Source: Marsupella aquatica | Lineage: Eukaryota > Plantae > Marchantiophyta | Direction of reading: 5' to 3' | NCBI GenBank assembly: GCA_973895155.1 | Contig: OZ316897.1 | Coordinates: forward strand, 8,331,832-8,395,831 | DNA: 64,000 nucleotides | In this document: in pieces, positions 1 to 11,160 of the stretch | How positions within the stretch are numbered: position 1 is the stretch's first letter | How the letters are laid out: the number at the start of each line of letters is the position of its first letter | The notes under the pieces: generated by a model | Seen by the model: only the letters and a program-made list of their open reading frames with translations | Told to the model about the DNA's origin: nothing | The model's database searches: none | Made by a program: the position numbers and the translations under genes

Positions 1-647
1 GAAGCCCACAAGAGTGAAAGAAAGGGGCAGAAAGATTGGGAATTTTTTTTTCCGTCTTCCATTAATTCACATGGACGTACTGCTGCCAAGAACTGTTAGT
101 GGGCAGAGGTCCTTCTGCAAGGCGTGATTCGGTGAGGCATGGAGATTCAATTGATCGCCAAATTTCAACATTAGTATCATGCGTTTGGCTCTACAAAGTG
201 TGTGATGTCTTTCTGCATGAACCAGAGCTTTGCTTGCAGAAACTGGGTACTGTGGCAGCAGTGAACGTACTGGAGTATTTCCTCAAATAAAGGCGAACAT
301 TCCTCACTGGGGCAACAGTGAACGCGGCGGCTTTTTCAATGAGAATTCCATCAGAAACCAGGAGCCTAATCATTCTTTCTGACGGAAAGGTTGACCTTCA
401 ATGACAGCAATTCCAATTGAAGGACAATAATGGTGTACACAACAAGAGTTTTGAGTTCTTGAGATATCCGTCAATGTGATCCATCAGTCGAGCTGGGGAG
501 AAAAATTGTAAACCCCAGCTATCCTAAACGGCTTAGCAACGAGTAACACTTCGTGAGCTCCCACAAAAGTCCAAAATTGGAGCATGTACTGATTCAATTC
601 CTCATTGACCTAGTGTCAAGGATTGTTCCTACAGAATTTCCCGTCCC

Positions 648-3600
648 TCACCTAGGCTCAACAACGCTCACATAGTTACTGCCTGATCCAAAGTTGGAAT
701 TGACGATGTAGTGAGACTCTCGGGATTCCTTTAGTCTTGTTTTCGGGTAGCCTTTCGACTCTGGCTTCAACCCATCAAAATGTCTAAGAGACGGTTTTAT
801 CAGCTCAGGAACTCCCATATCGCTATCGCCAGAGAGTAGTGACACCACACGAGCCATGGACGGGCGCAGTGCAGCATTTTGGGTGCAGAGCAGAGCAATT
901 TGAGCGACTTTTTGTATTTCCTTCTGAAATCCACCTGCCTTTTTCAACCTAGGGTCGAGAATATCCATTAGCCTTTCCTCTTCGTACAGTTGCCAAATCT
1001 GTTTCATAGAAAAGTAAAAGAGTGAGAATAGGTGAGATCCAAGGAGACTACTCTAATAGCTTTTCTACACAAAATGCCAGTTAACGGTCATTTCTCCTAC
1101 TTTGGCAGCGGGGACATCACTTATGAAAGTAGAATATTGCTGATCATCAAATAGAGTTTGCCAGGGTAAATGTCAAATATCCTCACCCAGTCGAGAAGGT
1201 ATGCCATGTCTGTTGACAACCTCAAATCCAAATTGGTTCTACCACTGAGGAGCTCCAGCACCACTATGCCATAACTAAACACATCCGCCTTCTCAGTCAA
1301 CTGGCCACGCATTGCATACTCTGGAGACAAGTACCCACTTTACAAAGAGGCCCACCAAAGTCAAACTCCTTGTAATTATGTGATGGGAAACAAGAAACTA
1401 CTTTGGAACAAAACAGTACTCTGTCTGCAAAACTGCAAACTAGTGTCGTTCAGGACATTGCTCTCACACATATACCTTTAGGGTAAGAGGTACAGAATCA
1501 CCGATCATCGGGTCAAGACTTACACTGTTCCAGCAACGCGTGTGCTGACATGACTTTGAGTATCATTGACTAGCTTCGCGAGGCCAAAGTCAGAAATTTT
1601 GGGCTCCAGGTCCTTGTCAAGAAGAATATTGCTAGCCTGTTTCAGTACACACAACACGACAGTATTACAGAGAAGACTCCATAATAAATACTTTGGGAGC
1701 TCTAGCAGAAATCAATATTTATCTGAGCAGAACAAGGCATCTGAGTCTTATTATGTTCAGATGAGTTGACACAGATATTAAGTCACACACCATATGCAAA
1801 TGATCTCAAATCAATAGCAATCCTACCATGATATCGGCTTGAAGCATACCTTCACGTCCCTATGGATGATCCGTGTCTGACAGCCCTCGTGAAGGTAAGC
1901 TAATCCACGAGCAGTGCCAAGCGCAATTTTTAGTCGAGTTGGCCAATCTAGAAAAATTGGGTATTTAGGATCTGCACAAGCCAAGTTTCAACGCGTTATT
2001 GAAGGTTCCATACAGCTAAACAACCATTTCGCAGCTTGATTTTCCAAATCTTGGGGTATAGATTCCAATACAATGTGCAACCGTGTGGAACATCAACGAT
2101 CGTTCTCTAGTCTGAATGAAAAAGAAATGGTTAGGATGCTGCCGCCAGACAAAGCTCCAGAGGACACGGCATAAACAAGTCTTGTGAACTGCATTGGGCA
2201 CGGCAATACCATCCTTGATCTATTAGTCGTGTACAAAACAATCTCAAGGGGGCAGAGTCAATGTGAGTGGTCCCCTACCAAAGAGAGCCTGATAAAGACT
2301 TTTATTCTCCAGAAATTCGTATACAAGCAACCGTTCATCTCGCTTGAGACAGCATCCTTTCAGTTTCACCAGGTTTCGGTGTTGCACGCTGGTTATTAGA
2401 GTTACTTCATTCAAGAATTCGCGCTTTCCTTGTCGGGATTTTGTCAGTAGACGTTTGACTGCCACTTCGTTTCCATCTGGTAGTACACCCTGAGAGGCAA
2501 CGAGGCGAATTGTAGATCGTCAGAGGTATTCAGAAGTGTAATTTGTTGATGCTGAGAATTAGATGAGGAACACCTAGACTCGTGCAATTTGATAGCTTGG
2601 CCTTGGGTGGTGAATTAATATCCTTCGCAGCTTGAGCGAAACAAGCCCACTTGAATTTCCCTCCAATGACCTGGAATCCAACCTGCAGAAAAGTCTTAAA
2701 TCTTGAGGCATTGCAGTACGAACATTTCCAAAATAAAGGAGTTGACGGGAGGGTGCCGGGAGGGGGGAGGGTGAGCCAAAATAAGGGGAAAACAGAATTC
2801 GCAATTCATATTCGGCATTGCAACTACACACTTCTGTTTGAAAAGGAATTTTCCAGTGATCAATTAGACTTTCAACTGAAATCTCTGAGTCTAATGCTAC
2901 CAAGAGCAGTGAACAAGTAAACCGTCTTCGAAGATAGGAACGAGGGCTGAATCTGTCCATAGTAATCAGACGGGTTGTGTGAGGAATAATCGTTCTCAGG
3001 GTTTGAAAGGTAATTCCTCAGATTACACCTAAGACGAAGACTGCCACTTTACTCCCACTGGTCTTCAAAGCATTTCTAATGAATCCACCAACGTTTGGAG
3101 ACCTGAATGAGGGAATGAGGATTCGACCACTAATACTGTTGCCAGGTATATAAGTAAGGATATTGTATCAACACCTTGAACACTTCTCCGAAACCGCCTT
3201 CCCCGAGCTTATTATCGTAATCAAATTTTCCGGTCGCAGCCTTCAGCACTTTGTAGGAGAATATGGTTGGACGCCCTTCAATCCTTGCAATTTCTGCAGT
3301 TCAAACATAAATCAACACCGGCTCAGTGACAAATGTTGTGGAAAACACAAGGACGGGATACTCCTCATTCAATAACGTGCCAATTCAGGTTGGGCTTCAA
3401 CACCAGAAAATTCCGGAGCGAAACACTTTTCTAGAAACTGTCAACAACTCTCCATGAAAATTCGGTCATATGAAAACAAGACTCCAAATTTTCTACGAGC
3501 AAGTTTTTCGGAACACGAGTTACTACTACACTTTGGGTCCTTGAAAACGTTGCGGTTGGGATGGATTTGGGAATTCCTTCAAACCATGAGCCAATTTTTT

Positions 3601-5216
3601 AAGGCAACGGAACGCCAACTCCCATGACAGTATTTTCATGTGTACAACTTACTCATTTTACAGAATATCAAGTTGGAGAGAGATAATTGCCGGGTTAGCG
3701 TTGTTCTGGACTTAGCCATAAAAACCTGGAACTTTTTAACGAGGTAGAGTGTCGTTCCAATTCAGCTATCTGATGAGAAACAAAGTAAGAACTAAAGACG
3801 AAGATGGGAATCACAAATAATAAGTACCTTCCTGCTCCTGGAGGAGCTGGGGAGACAGAGCATTTTTCCTCCTCCATATTGCCAGCCCAATTATAAGGCT
3901 CGTTCCCAGAAGTAGCCCACCGCTAATGGACAACGTCCAGGCCAGAATCTTTGTCAGGTTGTGTTTATTTGAAGCCCCTTGATATTTGGCTGCAACCGAA
4001 ATCAAAGGCCAACGTTGATAGAATTAATTAGTCTGCGAAATGTATTCAGCGCTGCTTTCCGTCCATACTTACCCCAAATGGCTAAAGCCACCCTCTCATT
4101 GCCGGATGATTGAATAACTTCAAATTCCAGGGATCATTGGTTACCTCGATTGCCCCGAGAGACCAAATTGAATACGAGCCGTTCAATGGCGTCCTTAAAA
4201 AACTTGTTAGCCTCAGTTTTCTGTAGGCGGACGTGAAAGTTGAACTTCCACACTGAGAAAATTATTTTCATGGACCCTGCTCTTCGATCTTTTCCTATCT
4301 CCTCAGTCCCTTCCAGGCTTAGCTCCATACGGCACTTCTGCAAGGAAATGGTGTACAGTAGAAACTCGCAATCTTGTCTTCTTAAACTGCTGATTTTGAT
4401 GACTGCCATGGTTGACACCTGACTTAACTAGACTAGTGTAAGTACCCGCCTCCAAAGTTGCTTGCTATTGTTTGTTGAGGTGAAGTGTGCTCGGACTGGG
4501 ATGACTTGAGAGCATTCAATTACTGTTGCGCGGAGGCGATCCTTTCCAGAGAACTTCCTCTCCATTCGAGCGCAAAGGTAAACATTCAAAGTGTTCTTAA
4601 CAAAATTCTACGACTAAAGGTAGAAATCTGTTGCGAAGAACACGAAAGAGCAAGTAGACATAATTATAACAAATGTAGGACGACACATGCTTCGGCAAGT
4701 AAAACCGTCAAATAAAGAGAGGTCTAGCTAGGAGACGTACGTACCGCAAGTAGGGTCATCAGGGAACGCTTGTCCGGAGGGTAGGGCCGTCAGCAAACGG
4801 GGGCATTTTTGGCAAAGATCAGTCGTAATGTTACAACGCCTTGGAGCCTGGACTTGAAGCGATCGATTGAAAGCACTTGGGGGGTAGAAGGTAAGCAGAC
4901 AGAAGCACGTCGGGTACTGCTGCTCTACACTAGCTAAAGCCGAGCAACAGCCTTGCGGAGGTTGGGGGTCCGACGGCTGGGATAGTACCCACATCACACA
5001 TGGCTGGAGCTTCAGCTCCGCCTGTGAGCATTGTGTAGTATTGATGACCAGGCATGGAGCAATTTTCAAAAATGTTGCTCCACAACTAGCAACCGATGAA
5101 TCTAAAGCACTTGTAGAAATTTTCCTCGAGGAGAAAAGATGGCCATCTCCAAGACAAACGTTGCCTGCGCACGATAGAACCAGTAGCAGAGCCACAAAAA
5201 CCTGCGAAGCTTTCAT
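648..5216 (-). CDS. Receptor-like Ser/Thr kinase with N-terminal signal peptide, nsLTP/prolamin-like (8-Cys motif) ectodomain, one TM helix and an RD kinase of the LRR-VIII/DUF26(CRK)-like clade; ~566 aa, 8 exons
   Basis: Exons (minus strand): 5216-4745, 3989-3828, 3293-3175, 2489-2279, 1971-1850, 1636-1524, 1337-1187, 998-648. All junctions are GT-AG and phase-compatible, totalling 1701 nt (567 codons). Exon 1: [23 protein letters not shown] signal peptide, then C-x9-C-x16-CC-x12-CFC-x21-C-x6-C. Exon 2: TM segment [25 protein letters not shown] followed by RRK. Kinase motifs: [81 protein letters not shown]. An alternative in-frame ATG lies at 5249. Confidence 0.9.
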
Positions 5217-6448
5217 ATTCGACCCCCAGAACTTCCTTCGCTTATCCATTATCCATAACGCAGTCGAATGACTTATTGCAGTCTCCCTTGTCCTGTCCAG
5301 TATAACTGTATAAACGTCGACAATCTTTCCCTGGACTCGAGCTCAGCAACCTTAGACAATGTGTGATGAGAGCTAGGTCCCACAAAGATTTGACCCCACA
5401 AGCCCACAGTAGTGTAAAGTAGACACGTTCACCCAACGAACTCTCGACAGAACTCCATCCATATCCAGTCTCCCTAACACTCCGCCATCAAGTCCAGTCC
5501 ACGAGGCAGAAGCCACAGAAGTCCTGTAGCTGCAGCGCTGACTACTATTGTGATTGAGGACTCTCTACCGCCCTATCCTTCTCCCAGCATTTCATTTCGC
5601 AGACCTTGACAAGCGAGTGGATCAGGAGTTGTCATGCCGTACTTGAAAGGGTACACCGCTTTCCTGGGAGAGCAATTCTCTTCGTTAATCTGTCAAGAGA
5701 AATGGCTCACCATACTACAGTATTCAAAATTGCAGCATTGAACACAGACAAGTTGACGAGAGCTGACCATGAGACCATCTTCAAACTGTGTGAGAAACTT
5801 CGGGGTGTGAGAGAAACTGTTCCAAGTTTCAACCAGAAGACTGGAACAGTCTAGTCTAGCTACCGACCGATCCTAGAGAGATCATATCAGACTGTCTTCT
5901 TCAGTATCTTCAGTATCTTGCCCTCACTGTCCTTGCACGCATCATGACTGAAAATGTGATACTGGTACTGGCTGTACTTGCTGGGTCGCGACCCTACAGA
6001 ATGATTGTTTTACACGTGAAATAGCTCATCGACACTATCAGAGCCGTCGATCCCCAGCTTCATTAATACTGCCTGGCGGCATAGCTTCCAAACTCTTTTA
6101 TTGTACCAGTCCTTACTTACTTCGTGTGCCGTATAATAAATGTCAAACAGCTGTGGATTCTCTCTACAACGGATTCTCTCAAAAGTGTCTCGAACATAAC
6201 AAATAGCCAAGACTGCGAGAGAGAGAGAGAGAAACCTAGAGACCATCGTTTCCACTTCTCAAGGTAGATCACAAGCGCTTCATTGGGGCAATAGTTATCA
6301 GAAAGTCCATAAATAGTGTTTTAACCCCTTGCTCCAGCTTATTTTTTTAAAGGTTTTTACGTTTTGGCCAGAGTGGTTAATGTAGAGTGTGTGAAGGAGA
6401 AGATGCTCAAAACATTACTTATCATTATTTTCCTAACCATCACATCTT

Positions 6449-6703
6449 CCTAGATTTAAGGATGATTGTTAGATTATGGTTAATGGGACCTGTGATCATT
6501 GGGAAGGATGATTCTTAGATTCTGGTTAATGGGGCCTGTGAGCATCGGGGAAGGATGATTGTTAGATTCTGGTTAATGGGACCTGATCATCAGGTGAGAC
6601 GCTGGCTAATGAGACAGTAAATACTAGAAAGTTTTTGCCAAATATGGCCAAAGGTTTTTGGGGAGGTGGAATTTGGCAAATTTTTGCCACTGAAAAAATG
6701 CTG
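6449..6703. mobile_element. Fragment of a dispersed non-autonomous repeat family (terminus ...TTTTGCCACTGAAAAAATGCTG) with three ~47-bp internal repeats
   Basis: TAGATT(A/C)TGGTTAATGGG occurs three times in 6469-6582. The same motifs and terminus recur at 28479-28641 and, in reverse orientation, at 58720-58830 and 59455-59486. Confidence 0.6.
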
Positions 6704-7646
6704 CCTTGCTCTACATGATTCAAATCAATGTCAATCAAATCCAATTACAGTAAGGAGATCAGGTTACCTAAAAAATGAATGATTAAATACTGAAAATGTC
6801 AGCCCTGGGAAAATATTTTAGCTAATAGAGATAGCAGTAGAGTAGAAAAGGATCGGTGAGTTGCCCATGGAACGTTGACCGTCTTTGTGGGAGAGTCAAA
6901 GAATAGTAAACCATGGTCAGCAAATGACAAAGAAAGTTTTGTGACCACTTACTCAAACTTTGATTAATAGCAAAAACAGTATCACCTAACTTACTCTCTC
7001 TCTCTCTGGAAAGAAAGAAAGACCCATGAGGGCGGGATCCAATGTCACCCATCAGATGCAGGAAAAGTGTTCTCCTGATGGTAGGATTTTGCCCCAAGTA
7101 TGCTCTGGAAAAAATTCTCACCCTGCAAAAATAATGTACCATATATGACTGCTTGTCTCCCCACTATGCCTTGCCACACACTGCCTAAGCGACTTGTCAG
7201 GTGGTGGGGTCCAGGTTGCCAGCTGGTGCCAAAATGTGCTCCCCAGACACTCCTAGGGTGGAGCATACAGGGGATGTTAAAAAAGACATGGAGATTGAAG
7301 CCAATTAGAGAATCTTAGATAAAACCTTACTTCATGTAGGGTTACTTCACCCGGTCATTTCCTGCAAACGCCCCCCCTAGGTAATTGCCCTATTGTTGTT
7401 TTCCCCCAATGTATTTAGGACAAATGCAAAGAAGACATCTAAATCACTCATCCCAGGTCAGTACCCAAGACTTGTCCGATAAGAGCCACTTTCCCTATCA
7501 GTTCTACTGACACAACAAGACATGCTTGGTTGTGTTCTTAAATTATAACTAGCCCAATATTTTGCGTGCTTTGCTAGGTATGTTGCACTTTATTGTTGAT
7601 AGTGAATGGTATTGAGCGGAAGTGTTGTACATTGAGCTTAAGTGAG

Positions 7647-7765
7647 TGCTAGGAATTGGTGAGTTGGATAGTGCTAGGAGTAGCGAGTCAGCATGTAGCA
7701 GTAGTGAATTAGGTGTCAGGCCTGCTCGCTATTCCCAGCACTATCCAACTCACCAATTCCTAGCA
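7647..7765. repeat. Long inverted repeat/hairpin (~42-bp stem), with a third arm copy at ~7827-7858
   Basis: Left arm TGCTAGGAATTGGTGAGTTGGATAGTGCTAGGAGTAGCGAG is near-complementary to right arm CTCGCTATTCCCAGCACTATCCAACTCACCAATTCCTAGCA. Confidence 0.85.
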
Positions 7766-9155
7766 AAGCATATTGAGCACGTTATAAATAAAGCTGCAAT
7801 AGTTTATGAACTGTTTATGCTAGATATTCCTAGCACTATCCAACTCACCAATTCCTGCAGGTTAGACATGGGAAAGGTGCATAGGGACAGCTTTAGATCC
7901 ATCTCATGAGTAGGGAAAAATGTCACCACAATCGAACTGCCAAGGAGGCTTCCCGCCAAAATGACATTTCATAAACAGACAATCCATGAGAAAGAAAGAA
8001 AGTCAGAGCAAGATGTCATATTGTAGTGTTTAGATATAATTAAAGATGTAAACTACCTGCCAACTGGTTTTTGATACAGTTGGCTTCCGAGAGCTTGGAA
8101 AAAGGGTAAGTGGGACTGGGGGTCACGACAGAGGACAAGACAAGATAAAACAGGACAAAAGCTGAAAAATAGCGTGGTAGAGGCCCTTTTCAGTTGGGAA
8201 AAGTGTAGGATAACCAATTATGGCCTCGAGGAGATTATGGATTGTAAGCCCGGCGTTAGCAAGGGTAATCCCTTACAATCTTTCTCAAATAAAAATTTTA
8301 GTCTTTGAGGCTAGCCAGGGATTGTGAGACTTTGGGAACCCAGGCCAGGCTGGCAAGAGGGTTATGATTGAAGACCTTCTTGGGGTCATCACTTATTCTC
8401 TTCCTACCCATCAGGCAGAATCAAACATAGAGTTTAAGCATAGGATTATTTTTTTGTGGAAGAATATTAGAGTTTCAGAAAGGGTACTGTTTTTAATCCA
8501 ATTTTGAGGATACTGTTTCAATATTCCAAAAAGCTAGAGATTTAGAAATAGTGTTAAAAACTTATTTATAGGGTGCTGTTTATCACCCAACAATGTAGCG
8601 CACTTTGTTGGACCACCTTACAAAGAGACCCTGAAAAGGACCTTCCATGAAACTATCAAGGAGAAAAGAGAGGTGGGGGACTGTTTGTCCTTCTGTAGTC
8701 ATGGATAGATTCCACAACTGAGTTGAACTGAGGTGCGCCTAACCATGCATGGATGGGTGGAGGTTACCACCTCAGAGTATGGGTAGTGATGAATGAGTGT
8801 TGAATTATTCATATCATATTACTGAAAAAACACTCTGATGGCCTGTGGCCTGCCATGCTGCTCTTGCATGCCTCCTAGCAAGGTACTTTAATAGTGGAGA
8901 GAACAGGTAGAAACCTGTTTCGTTGCAGCACTACAATATAATTAAACGGCATGATGAGATGATTGTACCACGATTTAAAATTAGTCATCACAAACTATCA
9001 CAACCTAGTCTCTCAAGACTGACCTTAAAAAATATTAAAGAATCTCACCTTTGATCTGGATTTTTCTCCAAATGACATGAACTTGACTAATAGGTATATG
9101 AGAGCAACTCAATTGCTGTAATATGATACCTCAATCTTAATCTCAGCTATTTCTG

Positions 9156-9311
9156 ATGCTCTTTAAGATTTTGATCCATGATCCTGAAGGAATTGGAATA
9201 CTGCAATATGCTCTTTAAGATTTTGATCCATGATCCTGAAGGAATTGGAATACTGCAATATGCTCTTTAAGATTTTGATCCATGATCCTGAAGGAATTGG
9301 AATACTGCAAT
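9156..9311. repeat. Perfect tandem repeat, 52 bp x 3
   Basis: Unit ATGCTCTTTAAGATTTTGATCCATGATCCTGAAGGAATTGGAATACTGCAAT starts at 9156, 9208 and 9260. Confidence 0.95.
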
Positions 9312-10853
9312 ACCGCCTTCTCCACATTGCTGTGCCCTATTTGGCATTGGAGATCTAAGTGGGTCTTTACTTAGTACCAATAAAGATCAAGAGGTACATC
9401 AGGGGACCCTTGATCTTGTGGACAGTACAATGGGGTTGGGTTCCCATTTGTCCTAAAATTACATTTTAAGGTACTAAATATTGGTTGCTCTCTGGTTCAT
9501 AGACCAGAGAACTTTCAAAATTTTCCAAAGACTTATATAAAACCCAATGCAGGGGAGAAAGCAAAGGAAAACCTCAAGAAAAGCTTGGAAAACTCTTTAC
9601 AATATTTAATTCCACTAAACAATTAGTGTCACACACATTAATTATGGAATGTCTCTGATTTTCAGTCAGGTGACACTATTTATTGTCACCGTCAATTCAA
9701 ATAAATAAATTAATATACTAAAAATATTGATAGGTGACAATGTTGTTAGTTGTAACCCTAAACTGAACTCACTCCAAAAGTTATCCAGACTACCAACAAC
9801 ATCTTTTTGTGTGTATGTTTAGGGTTTAATTCAGTGGACCCTGAATTAATATGAAGGAACCAAATTTGGAAATGTTGGGATGACCTGAGGAGGCAATAAA
9901 GAATTTCAGACAAAACAACTACTCCATGTACATAGCCTATTTCAGGTGACTCTTTGTTTGTTTTAGGAGAACCCATCTTGGCAAACGCCCAACACATTGA
10001 GAGTAGGTCACGTTGTTCCACTGCGTGTTAAATCTTCGTCAAACTAATGTGCTCCGTACACCAGAACATAAACCAATACACTATATTTTTGTGATCTATA
10101 AACCAAGTGATTTGAACAACATGTGTTGGTTTATGTTTTGGTTATATAGTCAAGCTAATGCGCTTAGTAGACCAGGACATAAACAAATACACTATGTTTT
10201 TTTGATCTATAAACAAAGTGACTTGGACAACATGTGTCTGTTTTTATGATCTATGAGCCCTATGCCAGTGCTTTGCACTGTGCAAGGAGGGAAGGCCCAT
10301 AGGGAATGGCCGGGGCATTACGGGGCAGCGGGAAACAAATACGTGATAAGGGTGTACATTTCTCTCATCAATGGTGAGCAAAAACAGCTAATCAAATCCA
10401 AGGGCTCTGGATCTTTCCCGCCCACAAGCTTTTTTGTGTGAGGATGAAGGACCAAAAAGGCGGGATCCTTTATTATAGTTGTAGATAAACAAAATGAATT
10501 GGACAACATGTGTCTTGGTTTATGTTCTGGTTGTATTTGGCTGTATTGGGTTTTATTCGTCTCTTTCCAAGTGGTCTTTTCAGCAATGAGACAGAGAGAA
10601 AGGGCTTCTGTTTGTGCACCAGGATAACCACCTTGATCCGAACATAGTGCCTTTGTATTGAGTTCAGGATGAGTGTCGAGAGTTAGAGCAACCCAAGCCA
10701 GCTAGAGCAACCCAACCCAACTCCCACCATTGCGCCTGGACTTTACAGCAGCTGAAAATTGGTGTCCCATGCTTTCAAATTGGAGAGTGCAGTGCTCACA
10801 CAAACCATCACTAATGCCCGAATGGCTGACTCTGGCTGACTTTCCTATCAGTG

Positions 10854-11160
10854 AAGAATCCATGACATTGTTGCACACTATTGTCGATAGGAAACGGTGC
10901 TGACTGAAGTGTTGAGCATAAGTGGCCAGGCAATCGGACGCACAGGGAGTCAGCATGACAACTGGTTTCAATGTGCGAGCTTTGGGGAGAGTGATGGGTT
11001 GGCATGGAAAAGAATCCATGGTATTGTTGCACACTATTGTCCACAGTAAATGATGCTGAACTGAAGTGTTGAGCATAAGTGGCCAGGCAATCGGACACAG
11101 GGAGTCAGCTTGACAACTGATTTCAATGTGCGAGCTTTGGGGAGAGTGATGGGCTGGCGG
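10854..11160. repeat. Tandem duplication, ~155 bp x 2
   Basis: AAGAATCCATG..ATTGTTGCACACTATTGTC...TGAAGTGTTGAGCATAAGTGGCCAGGCAATCGGAC...TTCAATGTGCGAGCTTTGGGGAGAGTGATGGG starts at ~10854 and ~11009. Confidence 0.85.

Noticed and set aside
5566-5592. Partial resemblance to a miR390 target site
   Set aside because: Too many mismatches and gaps; no TAS3-like second site.
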